Assembly (NCBI GenBank): GCA_027483795.1 | Contig: JAIXTT010000093.1 | Coordinates: forward strand, 4,238 to 68,237 | Source: Hyphomicrobiales bacterium | GTDB taxonomy: Bacteria; Pseudomonadota; Alphaproteobacteria; Rhizobiales; Beijerinckiaceae | Direction: 5' to 3' | DNA: 64,000 nt | Shown here: piece after piece, positions 55,149-64,000 of the stretch | How positions within the stretch are numbered: the stretch's first letter is position 1 | How the letters are laid out: the number at the start of each line of letters is the position of its first letter | Position numbers and translations under genes: made by a program | The notes under the pieces: model-generated | Told to the model about the DNA's origin: nothing | The model's input: only the letters and a program-made list of their open reading frames with translations | Databases searched by the model: none

Positions 55149-56159
55149 ATGAACTTCATCCAGCCCTTGGCCATCGGCCCCGTCCCGCTCGACGGACGGG
55201 CCTTCCTCGCTCCCATGTCGGGCGTGACGGATGTCGGGATGCGGCGCATCGCGCGGCGTTTCGGCGCGTCCGTCGTCGTATCGGAAATGGTCGCCTCGGA
55301 TGAATTGGTGAAGGGTTCCTCCGAAGCCGCTTTGCGCGCCGAGGGCCGGGGCGTCGAGCCTCACGTCGTCCAGCTCGCGGGTTGCCGAGCGGAATGGATG
55401 GGCGAGGCCGCCCGTCTCGCCGAAGCCTCCGGCGCGGCGGTGATCGACATCAACATGGGTTGTCCCGCCAAGCGGGTGACGGGCGGCTATGCGGGTTCCG
55501 CCCTCATGCGCGACCTCGATCACGCGCTGTCCTTGATCGAGGCGACGGTCGCCGCCGTCTCGGTGCCCGTCACCGTGAAGATGCGGCTCGGCTGGGATCA
55601 CGAAAGCCTCAACGCGCCCGAACTCGCGCGCCGCGCCGAGGCGGCGGGCGTACGGCTCGTCACCGTCCACGGCCGGACGCGGCAGCAATTCTACAAGGGA
55701 ACGGCGGATTGGTCGGCCATCGCCGCCGTCAAGGCCGCCGTCTCCATTCCGGTCGTCGCGAACGGCGACGCCGCCACGGCCGCGGACGCACGCACCATGC
55801 TCGCCCGATCGGGCGCCGACGCGGTGATGATCGGCCGGGCGGCGCTCGGGCGGCCTTGGCTCGTCGGCGGCGTCGCGCGGGCGCTCGAACACGACGGCGA
55901 GGTCCTCGAACCTTCGCCCGAGGCCAAGTCCGACGCGGCGGTCGAACACTACGAGACCCTTCTTTCTCTCTACGGCCGTGAAACAGGCCTGCGCCATGCC
56001 CGCAAGCATCTCGCCGGCTATGCCGACGCGCATGCCGCCTGCGGCCACGACGTCCCGCAATCGGTCCGCGCGCGCATCGTCGTCAGCGAGGATCCGGCCG
56101 AGGTGATCGCGCTCCTGCGTGCGGTCTTCGTTTCCGCTCCCGTGGAGAAAGCCGCATGA
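55149..56159 (+). CDS. dusB: tRNA-dihydrouridine synthase B (NifR3 family)
   Basis: [26 protein letters not shown] and [12 protein letters not shown]. It lies directly upstream of ntrBC, as in Rhizobiales. Confidence 0.9.
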   Translation: MNFIQPLAIGPVPLDGRAFLAPMSGVTDVGMRRIARRFGASVVVSEMVASDELVKGSSEAALRAEGRGVEPHVVQLAGCRAEWMGEAARLAEASGAAVIDINMGCPAKRVTGGYAGSALMRDLDHALSLIEATVAAVSVPVTVKMRLGWDHESLNAPELARRAEAAGVRLVTVHGRTRQQFYKGTADWSAIAAVKAAVSIPVVANGDAATAADARTMLARSGADAVMIGRAALGRPWLVGGVARALEHDGEVLEPSPEAKSDAAVEHYETLLSLYGRETGLRHARKHLAGYADAHAACGHDVPQSVRARIVVSEDPAEVIALLRAVFVSAPVEKAA

Positions 56160-57277
56160 CCGATCTTCCGCTCGACCGCACCGCACGGGCCGAAGCCGTC
56201 CTGAACGTGCTGCCGCTGCCCGTGCTCATCATCGGCCCCGATGACCGCGTGACGGACGCCAACGTCGCCGCCGAGACCTTTTTCCTCATGAGCCGCGCGG
56301 TCTTCGGCCGCCATCGGCTCGAGGAGATCCTGCCCTTCGGCTCCCCCGTTCTGGCGCTCGTCCGAGAAGCGCGCCGCACCGGCGGATCCTTCAACGAATA
56401 CCGCATCGATCTCGGCACGCCGCGGATCGGTTCGGACCGTGTCGCCGACATCTTCGTCTCCCATGCAGGGGAGGGCGACCACGTCGTTCTGATGCTTCAG
56501 GAAAAGACGATTGCCGAAAAAATAGACAGGCAATTGACGCATCGGGGAGCGGCGCGGTCGATCTCGGCGCTCGGCTCGATGCTCGCGCATGAGATCAAGA
56601 ACCCGCTTTCGGGCATCCGCGGCGCAGCCCAACTTCTCGAAACCACGGCCTCGGACGAGGACCGCGCCCTCACGCAGCTGATCTGCGACGAGGCCGACCG
56701 GATCGTCACGCTCGTCGACCGGTTCGAGGATTTCGCCGACGGCCGGCCGATGCGTTTCGAGGCTCTCAACATTCACGGAATCCTCGAACACGTGAAGCGT
56801 CTCGCGATGTCCGGTTTCGCCCGTCATCTGCGTTTCGTGGAGAACTACGACCCGTCCCTGCCTCCCGTTTTCGGCAACCGGGACCAGCTGATCCAGGTCT
56901 TCCTCAACCTCGTGAAGAATGCTGCCGAAGCGATCGGCCACGACTCGCTGGAAGGCGAGATCGAGCTCACCACGGCCTATCGTCCCGGCGTGCGCATGGC
57001 GGTGCCGGGCAATCCGGTCCGCGTCGCGCTGCCGCTCGAAATCTGCGTCCGCGACAACGGGCCGGGCATCAGCCTCGATCTTCAGCGCCACCTGTTCGAG
57101 CCCTTCGTCACCACCAAGGCGTCCGGGACCGGCCTCGGTCTTGCTTTGGTCGCCAAGATCGTCGGCGATCACGGCGGGGTGGTGGAACCCGACTCTCTGC
57201 CGCGCCGCACGACGTTCAGGGTGCTCATGCCCATGCACATCGCGCGCGACGGTCGCGCGTCCGAAAGCGGGAGGTGA
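56156..57277 (+). CDS. ntrB: nitrogen regulation sensor histidine kinase
   Basis: PAS-like N-terminus, H-box [20 protein letters not shown]-box and G-boxes ([24 protein letters not shown]). It overlaps dusB and ntrC by 4 nt. Confidence 0.9.
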   Translation: MTDLPLDRTARAEAVLNVLPLPVLIIGPDDRVTDANVAAETFFLMSRAVFGRHRLEEILPFGSPVLALVREARRTGGSFNEYRIDLGTPRIGSDRVADIFVSHAGEGDHVVLMLQEKTIAEKIDRQLTHRGAARSISALGSMLAHEIKNPLSGIRGAAQLLETTASDEDRALTQLICDEADRIVTLVDRFEDFADGRPMRFEALNIHGILEHVKRLAMSGFARHLRFVENYDPSLPPVFGNRDQLIQVFLNLVKNAAEAIGHDSLEGEIELTTAYRPGVRMAVPGNPVRVALPLEICVRDNGPGISLDLQRHLFEPFVTTKASGTGLGLALVAKIVGDHGGVVEPDSLPRRTTFRVLMPMHIARDGRASESGR

Positions 57278-58734
57278 CCATGCCCAGCGGCACCATTCTT
57301 GTCGCCGACGACGACGCCGCGATCCGCACGGTGCTGAACCAGGCGCTTTCCCGCGCGGGCTACGAAGTCCGCAGCACGGGACAAGCTTCCGTTCTCTGGC
57401 GTTGGGTGCAGGCCGGGGAGGGCGACCTCGTCGTGACCGACGTGGTCATGCCCGACGAGAACGCCTTCGACCTCCTCCCGCGCATGAAGAAGGTCCGGCC
57501 CGATCTGCCGATCATCGTCATGAGCGCGCAGAACACCTTCATGACCGCGATCCGCGCGGGCGAGCGCGGCGCCTATGAATATCTGCCGAAGCCCTTCGAT
57601 CTGAAGGAGCTGATCTCCATCGTCGGCCGCGCGCTTTCGCGGACGCGGGAGACGCCGTCCCCCGATCAGGGCGCCGAGCAGCCGGACGAAATCCCGCTCG
57701 TCGGCCGTTCGCCCGCGATGCAGGAACTCTATCGCGCCCTCGCGCGCCTCATGCAGACGGATCTCACCGTGATGATCACGGGCGAGTCCGGCACGGGCAA
57801 GGAACTCGTCGCCCGCGCGCTGCACGACTACGGCAAGCGCCGACGCGGCCCCTTCGTCCCCGTGAACATGGCGGCGATCCCGCGCGACCTGATCGAGAGC
57901 GAACTGTTCGGCCATGAGAAGGGCGCCTTCACGGGCGCGCTGCAGCGCTCGACGGGCCGTTTCGAACAGGCCGAAGGCGGCACGCTCTTCCTCGACGAGA
58001 TCGGCGACATGCCGATGGACGCGCAGACGCGGCTTCTCCGCGTTCTGCAGCAGGGCGAATACACCACTGTCGGCGGCCGCACGCCGATCAAGACGAATGT
58101 CCGCATCGTGGCCGCGACCAACAAGGATCTCCGCGTCTCGATCCGTCAGGGCCTGTTCCGCGAGGATCTCTTCTTCCGTCTCAACGTCGTGCCGCTGCGC
58201 TTGCCGCCGCTGCGCGAGCGGACGGAAGACATCCCCGATCTCGCGCGGCATTTCTTCTCCCTCGTGGAGAAGGAGGGGCTTCCGCGCAAACAGATCGACA
58301 GCGCCGCGCTCGACAGGCTCAAGCGTCATCGCTGGCCGGGCAATGTCCGCGAATTGGAGAACATGGTCCGTAGGCTCGCGGCGCTCTATCCGCAGGAAAC
58401 GATCACCGAACTGCTCGTCGAGACCGAACTCGCCGAACCGGATGCGATCGCGGGAACGGGGTTCGGCGGCGAGACCGCGCCCGAGGCCGCGACGCTCTCC
58501 GAGTCGGTCGAACGCCATCTCGCGACCTATTTCGCCCAATTCGGCGCCGATCTCCCGCCGCCCGGCCTCTATCACCGGATCCTGCGCGATCTCGAAGCTC
58601 CGCTGATCACCGCCGCGCTCGCCGCCACCCGCGGCAACCAGATCAAGGCGGCGGAGCTTCTCGGTCTCAACCGGAACACGCTGCGCAAGAAGATCCGCGA
58701 CCTCGAACTGCCCGTCGTCCGCACGCTGCGCTGA
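57274..58734 (+). CDS. ntrC: nitrogen regulation response regulator (sigma-54 activator)
   Basis: Receiver [11 protein letters not shown]...[11 protein letters not shown]+ [15 protein letters not shown], the GAFTGA loop and a C-terminal Fis-type HTH. Confidence 0.94.
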   Translation: MTMPSGTILVADDDAAIRTVLNQALSRAGYEVRSTGQASVLWRWVQAGEGDLVVTDVVMPDENAFDLLPRMKKVRPDLPIIVMSAQNTFMTAIRAGERGAYEYLPKPFDLKELISIVGRALSRTRETPSPDQGAEQPDEIPLVGRSPAMQELYRALARLMQTDLTVMITGESGTGKELVARALHDYGKRRRGPFVPVNMAAIPRDLIESELFGHEKGAFTGALQRSTGRFEQAEGGTLFLDEIGDMPMDAQTRLLRVLQQGEYTTVGGRTPIKTNVRIVAATNKDLRVSIRQGLFREDLFFRLNVVPLRLPPLRERTEDIPDLARHFFSLVEKEGLPRKQIDSAALDRLKRHRWPGNVRELENMVRRLAALYPQETITELLVETELAEPDAIAGTGFGGETAPEAATLSESVERHLATYFAQFGADLPPPGLYHRILRDLEAPLITAALAATRGNQIKAAELLGLNRNTLRKKIRDLELPVVRTLR

Positions 58735-58753
58735 CCTCCCGCACCGTCCCGCC

Positions 58754-58850
58754 GTCATGCCCGCGCATGCAGGCACCCGCGTCTTTCCGGCGGCTGCTCC
58801 TAGCGGACGTCGCCCGCCCGAAACGCGGGCATCCGGGCGTTCCGGTGGCT
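58754..58850. repeat. degenerate copy of the palindromic repeat family between ntrC and ntrY
   Basis: GTCATGCCCGCGCATGCAGGCACCCGCGTCTTTCC...GAAACGCGGGCATCCGGGCG has the same head as the other units, but both stems carry mismatches or a bulge. Confidence 0.55.
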
Positions 58851-58963
58851 GCCGCCCGACGCCGCCCCTCGCCAGAATCGTCTTTTCGGTGCAACACTGT
58901 TGCTGTACTGCAACGTTCCATCCGGGCGGCGTCCATCGTCGCCGGTGGGGTGCGAAGGGGTCC

Positions 58964-61192
58964 ATGACCATCGTTCAAGGCGACACGGCGGCGGGTTCCA
59001 TCGCCGCTCTCGAAGGCGGACGAGGGCGCGCGGGTTTCGGCGCGGCCGTCGTCGTGCTCGCGCTCTGCTCGGCTCTCGCGACCTTCCTCGTTCTTGCGGG
59101 TCTCGTTTCGGTCACGGCCACCCACGAGGTCGTGGTCGGGCTCTTCGCCGTCAACGCGCTTCTGATCTTCGTCCTCGTCTGGCTCGTGGCCGCGGAAGCG
59201 ATCCGGCTCATCCGCGCACGCCGGTCCGGCGTGGCGGCGGCGGGGCTTCACGCCCGCATCGTCGGTCTCTTCGCCTTCGTGGCGGCACTGCCGGCCATCC
59301 TCGTCGCGGCGGTGGGCTGGCTGACGCTCGAGCGCGGCATCGACATCTCCTTCGGCCGCTACGTGCGCGAGCTTCTCACGACCTCGGTGGAAGTCGCGCG
59401 CGAATTCCGCGAGCTGCAATGCCGCGCCATGGGCCGCGAGATCAATCTGATGGCCGCGGACATCGGCCGCGCACGCGGCGCCTTCGATCAGAACCGCGGC
59501 TTCTTCCGCGATTTCATGCGCTCGCGCTCGACCTTTCTCGGCTTTCCCGTCGCCGTGATCACGACGCGTGACGCGACCGTTGTGGAAGCCGTCGAACTGC
59601 GCCAGACGCCCGGCTTCCGGCTTCCTCCCGCGCAGGACTATGCGGCGGCGGACGACGGCGAGGCCTGGTGCCTGATCCCGAGCGAAGGCAACGTCTTCCG
59701 CGCCATCCTGAAGATTCCGGGTTTCGACGATCTCTTCCTCGTCGTCGCCCGCGGGGTCGATCCCAAGGCGCTCGAATTCCCCCAACAGGCCGAGGCCGCG
59801 GCGGCCTATTACGAAGTTCTGACGGAGCGAAAGCTCGGCGTGCAGGTCGCCTTCGCCAGCATGTACGTGCTGATCTCGCTCATCCTGCTGCTGTCGGCCG
59901 TCTGGCTCGGCCTGAGCTTCGCCAACCGGCTCGTCGCGCCCGTCCGACGCCTCATCCACGCCACCGATCAGGTCGCGCTCGGCAACTACCATGTGCAGGT
60001 GCCCGTCGGCGCGCAGGAAGGCGACCTCGCCCATCTCGGCGAGACCTTCAACAAGATGACCGGCGAACTGCGTCGCCAGCATGATCGCCTTACCGCGGCG
60101 AGCGACGTGATCGACCGCCGCCGCCGCTTCACCGAGGCGGTTCTCTCGGGCGTTCCCGCGGGCGTCGTCGGCCTCGACGGCAAGGGCCGCATCACGGTGC
60201 TCAATCCGTCGGCGGAAGCCGTTCTCGGCGACACGAAATCCTCCGTCCTCGGTCTTGCTCTGGTGGACGTGGTGCCCGAAATCGAACCGCTCATCGCCGA
60301 AGGCGGCGACCGGGCCCGCGACGTTCAGGGCCAGATCGTCATGCGCCGGGACGGGCGCGAACTGATCATCAACGTCCGCATCACGAGCGAGCGCTCGACC
60401 GATGCGGAAGGCGGCACCGTCGTCACGCTCGACGACATTTCCGATCTCGTCGCCGCGCAGCGCACCTCCGCCTGGGCCGACGTCGCGCGCCGCATCGCGC
60501 ATGAGATCAAGAACCCCTTGACCCCGATCCAGCTGTCGGCCGAGCGCATCCGGCGCAAATACGGCCATCAGATCACGGGCGACCGCGAGGTCTTCGACCG
60601 TTGCACCGAGACGATCGTCCGGCAGGTGGACGACATCAAACGCATGGTCGACGAGTTCTCCTCCTTCGCGCGCATGCCGAAACCGATGACCGAATCGGAA
60701 GACATCGCGGCCGTCGCGCGGCAGGTCGTCTTCCTGATGCGGGTCGGCAATCCGGAGATCGACTTCGTCGAAGAGATGCCGGAAGGCCCGCTGGTGGCGC
60801 GGTTCGATCGGCGGCTGCTGTCTCAGGCGATCACCAACATCGTGAAGAACGCCGCCGAGGCCGTGGCCGCCGTGCCCGAGGAGGAGAGAGGACCGGGCGA
60901 GGTCCGCCTTCGCGTGGAAAGCGAGAACGGCATCGTGCGGATCGAGGCGATCGACAACGGCAAGGGCTTCCCGGTCGAGCAGCGGCGACGCCTTCTCGAA
61001 CCCTACATGACGACGCGCGAGGGCGGCACGGGCCTCGGCCTCGCGATCGTCGGCAAGATTCTGGAAGACCACGGCGGCGGGATCGAACTCCTCGACCGGG
61101 ACGACGAGCGGCGGGGCGCGAGGGTCCGGCTCTGGTTCCCGATCGAGGGGCCGGATCCCGCAAACGAGAAAGCGGGCGGGCAAGCATCATGA
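58964..61192 (+). CDS. ntrY: sensor histidine kinase NtrY
   Basis: The internal ATG at 58964 lies after GAAGGGG. There are N-terminal TM segments, then HAMP, then PAS, then H-box [19 protein letters not shown] and an HATPase (NIVKNAAEA, DNGKGF, GTGLGLAIV). Confidence 0.9.
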   Translation: MTIVQGDTAAGSIAALEGGRGRAGFGAAVVVLALCSALATFLVLAGLVSVTATHEVVVGLFAVNALLIFVLVWLVAAEAIRLIRARRSGVAAAGLHARIVGLFAFVAALPAILVAAVGWLTLERGIDISFGRYVRELLTTSVEVAREFRELQCRAMGREINLMAADIGRARGAFDQNRGFFRDFMRSRSTFLGFPVAVITTRDATVVEAVELRQTPGFRLPPAQDYAAADDGEAWCLIPSEGNVFRAILKIPGFDDLFLVVARGVDPKALEFPQQAEAAAAYYEVLTERKLGVQVAFASMYVLISLILLLSAVWLGLSFANRLVAPVRRLIHATDQVALGNYHVQVPVGAQEGDLAHLGETFNKMTGELRRQHDRLTAASDVIDRRRRFTEAVLSGVPAGVVGLDGKGRITVLNPSAEAVLGDTKSSVLGLALVDVVPEIEPLIAEGGDRARDVQGQIVMRRDGRELIINVRITSERSTDAEGGTVVTLDDISDLVAAQRTSAWADVARRIAHEIKNPLTPIQLSAERIRRKYGHQITGDREVFDRCTETIVRQVDDIKRMVDEFSSFARMPKPMTESEDIAAVARQVVFLMRVGNPEIDFVEEMPEGPLVARFDRRLLSQAITNIVKNAAEAVAAVPEEERGPGEVRLRVESENGIVRIEAIDNGKGFPVEQRRRLLEPYMTTREGGTGLGLAIVGKILEDHGGGIELLDRDDERRGARVRLWFPIEGPDPANEKAGGQAS

Positions 61193-62556
61193 GCGCCGAT
61201 ATTCTGATCGTCGACGACGAGGCCGACATCCGCGAACTCGTCGCGGGCATCCTCGAGGACGAGGGCAACAGCACGCGCACGGCCGCCAATTCGGACGAAG
61301 CGCTCGCCGCGGTGGCGCAGCGTCGCCCCGGCCTCGTCTTCCTCGACATCTGGATTCAGGGTTCGCGGCTCGACGGTCTCCAGATTCTCGATCTCTTGAA
61401 GGAACAGCACCCCGACCTTCCGGTGGTGATGATTTCCGGCCACGGGAACATCGAGACCGCCGTCGCCGCCATCCGCCGCGGCGCCTACGACTTCATCGAA
61501 AAGCCCTTCAAGGCCGACCGGCTGATCCTCGTCGCCGAACGCGCGCTCGAAGCGTCGAAGCTGAAGCGCGAGGTCAAGGAACTCCGCGCCAAGGCGCCCT
61601 CGGCGGAGAAGATCGTCGGACGTTCCCAACCCGCGAACCAATTGCGCACGGCGCTCGAACGCATCGCGGGCACCAATGCGCGGGTGATGATCGTCGGGCC
61701 GTCCGGCGCGGGCAAGGAACTCGCGGCCCGCACCGTCCACGCCGTTTCGCCGCGCAGCTCCGGTCCCTTCGTCGTCCTCAACGCCGCCACCATGGATCCC
61801 GACACGGTGGAATCCGAACTCTTCGGCGTGGAAGGACCGGACGGCCGCATCAAGAAGATCGGCGCGCTCGAGGAAGCGCACGGCGGAACGCTCTATCTCG
61901 ACGAAGTCTGCGAAATGCCGCTCGAGACGCAGGCGCGCATTCTGCGCGTCCTCGTCGAGCAGAACTTCACCCGCGTCGACGGCGCCACGCGCGTGCATGT
62001 CGACGTCCGCGTGATCTCCTCGACGGCGAAGAGCCCGGAGGCGGAGATCGCCGCGGGCCGCTTCCGGCAGGATCTCCTGCACCGGCTCAACGTCGTGCCG
62101 GTCCGCGTTCCGTCGCTCGCCGAGCGCCGGGAGGACGTGCCGGATCTCATCGACTTCTTCATGGGCCGCCTTGCGGCCGCTTCGGGACTCGCCCGTCGGG
62201 AAGTCGCCGACGATGCGATGGCCGTTCTTCAGTCCTATGACTGGCCGGGCAATATCCGCCAATTGCGCAACAATGTGGAACGCATGCTGATCCTCGCGGC
62301 GGGTGAACCCGACGCACCGATCACGGCCGAAATGCTGCCGCCCGACGTCGGCTCCATGGTCCCGTCGACGCCCAACGGGAACGGCGGCGAGAAACTCATG
62401 TCCCTTCCGCTCCGCGAGGCGCGCGAGGTCTTCGAACGCGAATATCTGGTGGCGCAGATCGGCCGTTTCGGCGGCAACATCTCCCGGACGGCCGAATTCA
62501 TCGGCATGGAACGGTCCGCGCTCCATCGCAAATTGAAGAGCCTCGGCGTGGGTTGA
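61189..62556 (+). CDS. ntrX: response regulator NtrX (sigma-54 activator family)
   Basis: ATG 61189 overlaps the ntrY stop (ATGA). Receiver [11 protein letters not shown]...[11 protein letters not shown]+ [12 protein letters not shown] and a C-terminal HTH. Confidence 0.92.
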   Translation: MSADILIVDDEADIRELVAGILEDEGNSTRTAANSDEALAAVAQRRPGLVFLDIWIQGSRLDGLQILDLLKEQHPDLPVVMISGHGNIETAVAAIRRGAYDFIEKPFKADRLILVAERALEASKLKREVKELRAKAPSAEKIVGRSQPANQLRTALERIAGTNARVMIVGPSGAGKELAARTVHAVSPRSSGPFVVLNAATMDPDTVESELFGVEGPDGRIKKIGALEEAHGGTLYLDEVCEMPLETQARILRVLVEQNFTRVDGATRVHVDVRVISSTAKSPEAEIAAGRFRQDLLHRLNVVPVRVPSLAERREDVPDLIDFFMGRLAAASGLARREVADDAMAVLQSYDWPGNIRQLRNNVERMLILAAGEPDAPITAEMLPPDVGSMVPSTPNGNGGEKLMSLPLREAREVFEREYLVAQIGRFGGNISRTAEFIGMERSALHRKLKSLGVG

Positions 62557-62704
62557 TCCCCGCCCGCGCGCCTTCAACCTTCGGTGCGGCTTGCGCTCGC
62601 TCGTCATTACGGGCGTAATGGAGGCGATCCGGCGGCTCTTCCGAGGGCGTGACCGGACCGATCAACCCGGGCCTTGCGCCCGGGACCAGAAACCAGAGGC
62701 GAGC

Positions 62705-62956
62705 ATGGCCGGCGAACGCGCCCAGAATTTGCAGGATACCTTTCTCAACAACGTCCGTAAGCACAAGATTCCGCTCACGATCTTTCTCGTGAACGGCGTC
62801 AAGCTTCAGGGGGTCGTCACCTGGTTCGACAATTTCTGCGTCCTTCTGCGCCGGGACGGGCATTCGCAACTCGTCTACAAGCACGCCATCTCGACGATCA
62901 TGCCGGGACACCCCATTTCTCTCTTCGAGGCCGAAGAGGCGGCGGCGAAGGAATAA
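62705..62956 (+). CDS. hfq: RNA chaperone Hfq
   Basis: The internal ATG at 62705 gives [67 protein letters not shown], a near-canonical Sm1/Sm2. Confidence 0.96.
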   Translation: MAGERAQNLQDTFLNNVRKHKIPLTIFLVNGVKLQGVVTWFDNFCVLLRRDGHSQLVYKHAISTIMPGHPISLFEAEEAAAKE

Positions 62957-62957
62957 A

Positions 62958-64000
62958 GTGAGCGGAGAAGAGCGCGGCCGGGACAAGATCGTTTCGAAGC
63001 CGCCGGCGGAACCCGAGAAGGCGATCGCCTCCGGTACGCCGACCCTCGTGATCGGTCCTTATCCGAGCAGAAGCGCGGCAGGGGAGGGCGATCGGCCCCC
63101 CAATCTCCGCGAACGTGCGGCCCGTCTCGGCGAGGCCGTCGGCCTTGCGGCCGCGATCGATCTCGCCGTGGTCGAATCCTTGGACGTCGTGATCCGGGCT
63201 CCGCGCCCCGCGACCTATCTCGGCAAGGGCAAGGTCGAGGAGGTGAAGGGCGTCATCGCGGCGCACGGCATCAAGCTCGTGATGATGGACACCGCGCTCA
63301 CGCCCGTGCAGCAGCGCAATCTCGAAAAGGAATGGGGCGCCAAGGTCATCGACCGGACGGGCCTGATCCTCGAGATCTTCGGCCGCCGCGCGCGGACCAA
63401 GGAAGGCACGCTTCAGGTCGAACTGGCCCATCTCGACTATCAGAAGAGCCGTCTCGTCAGGTCCTGGACCCATCTCGAACGCCAGCGCGGCGGTTTCGGC
63501 TTTCTGGGCGGCCCGGGCGAGACGCAGATCGAGGCCGACCGCCGCATCATTCAGGAGCGCATGGTCCGGATCGAGCGCGACCTCGAACAGGTCAAGCGCA
63601 CGCGCACGCTCCATCGCGCGGGCCGCAGGCGCACGCCCTATCCGATCGTCGCCCTCGTCGGCTACACCAATGCCGGCAAGTCGACCCTCTTCAACCGCCT
63701 GACCAAGGCCGAGGTCTTCGCCGAGGATCTTCTCTTCGCGACCCTCGATCCGACGGCGCGCGTCGTGAAGCTGCCGCACGGCGCACCCGTGATCCTGTCG
63801 GACACGGTGGGTTTCATCTCCGATCTTCCGACCATGCTGGTCGCGGCCTTCCGCGCCACGCTGGAAGACGTGATCGAGGCCGACGTGGTTCTCCATGTCC
63901 GCGACGTCTCGCACGGCGACACCGAGGCGCAGGCCGCCGACGTCTCCGCCATTCTGCGCGATCTCGGCGTCGATCCCGACCGCCACGAAAAGCTGATCGA
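62958..64000 (+). CDS. hflX: GTPase HflX (3' end outside window)
   Basis: An open frame runs from GTG 62958 to the window end and is not in the ORF track because it has no stop. It reads [47 protein letters not shown]1 [14 protein letters not shown] and G3 LSDTVGF. The start codon choice is uncertain. Confidence 0.88.
   Translation, partial: MSGEERGRDKIVSKPPAEPEKAIASGTPTLVIGPYPSRSAAGEGDRPPNLRERAARLGEAVGLAAAIDLAVVESLDVVIRAPRPATYLGKGKVEEVKGVIAAHGIKLVMMDTALTPVQQRNLEKEWGAKVIDRTGLILEIFGRRARTKEGTLQVELAHLDYQKSRLVRSWTHLERQRGGFGFLGGPGETQIEADRRIIQERMVRIERDLEQVKRTRTLHRAGRRRTPYPIVALVGYTNAGKSTLFNRLTKAEVFAEDLLFATLDPTARVVKLPHGAPVILSDTVGFISDLPTMLVAAFRATLEDVIEADVVLHVRDVSHGDTEAQAADVSAILRDLGVDPDRHEKLI

Noticed and set aside
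58757-58963. An N-terminal extension of ntrY, and similarly the extension of hsp20 from 23247.
   Set aside because: Both extensions are translated from the palindromic repeat units (MPAHAGT.., MPAPAGIHVL..). The internal ATGs have ribosome-binding sites and give canonical N-termini.

Overview
This is a 64-kb stretch of a visibly high-G+C alphaproteobacterial chromosome. Gene content and synteny look Hyphomicrobiales/Rhizobiales-like, but the species cannot be identified from sequence alone. The window is densely packed chromosomal backbone. I support 57 protein-coding genes (gmk and hflX are cut by the window edges), 4 tRNAs (Pro-UGG, Arg-UCU, Asn-GUU, Cys-GCA), four loci of a structured palindromic intergenic repeat family, and a few promoter or hairpin candidates.

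The conserved blocks, in order, are:
- gmk
- lptD-pdxA-rsmA, and lptG-lptF divergent from pepA-holC
- an ABC-F ATPase
- an NDUFS4-like gene between two tRNAs
- a GT39/GT2/LAB_N envelope-glycosylation module
- metC divergent from aapJQMP
- hsp20
- cysK-like/alaX/sseA
- a ChrR-type (sigma-E, singlet-oxygen-regulon-like) island with photolyase and a furan/cyclopropane-fatty-acid-type operon
- pcm-tolC-popZ-like-valS
- a molybdenum-cofactor neighbourhood with three MoeA homologues and a WD40-cytochrome c fusion
- trpE-trpG-trpD-trpC-moaC-moeA
- a ppiD-like gene and tpiA
- dusB-ntrBC-ntrYX-hfq-hflX

I see no transposase, integrase, phage, CRISPR/cas, toxin-antitoxin or recognisable defence genes, so I cannot honestly claim a clearly new self-contained system. 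The three best candidates for unusual biology are:
1. The sigma-E-type regulon island. Its ChrR-like gene has lost the zinc-binding cysteines, has no adjacent sigma factor, and still sits behind a sigma-E-like promoter.
2. The translationally coupled trio of a MoeA-like gene lacking the central domain, a MoeA-PBP fusion, and an exported WD40-cytochrome c.
3. The nested-hairpin repeat family.

All protein calls rest on motif recognition by eye in the supplied translations. No database search was possible. The many long ORFs antisense to real genes are treated as high-GC artefacts.
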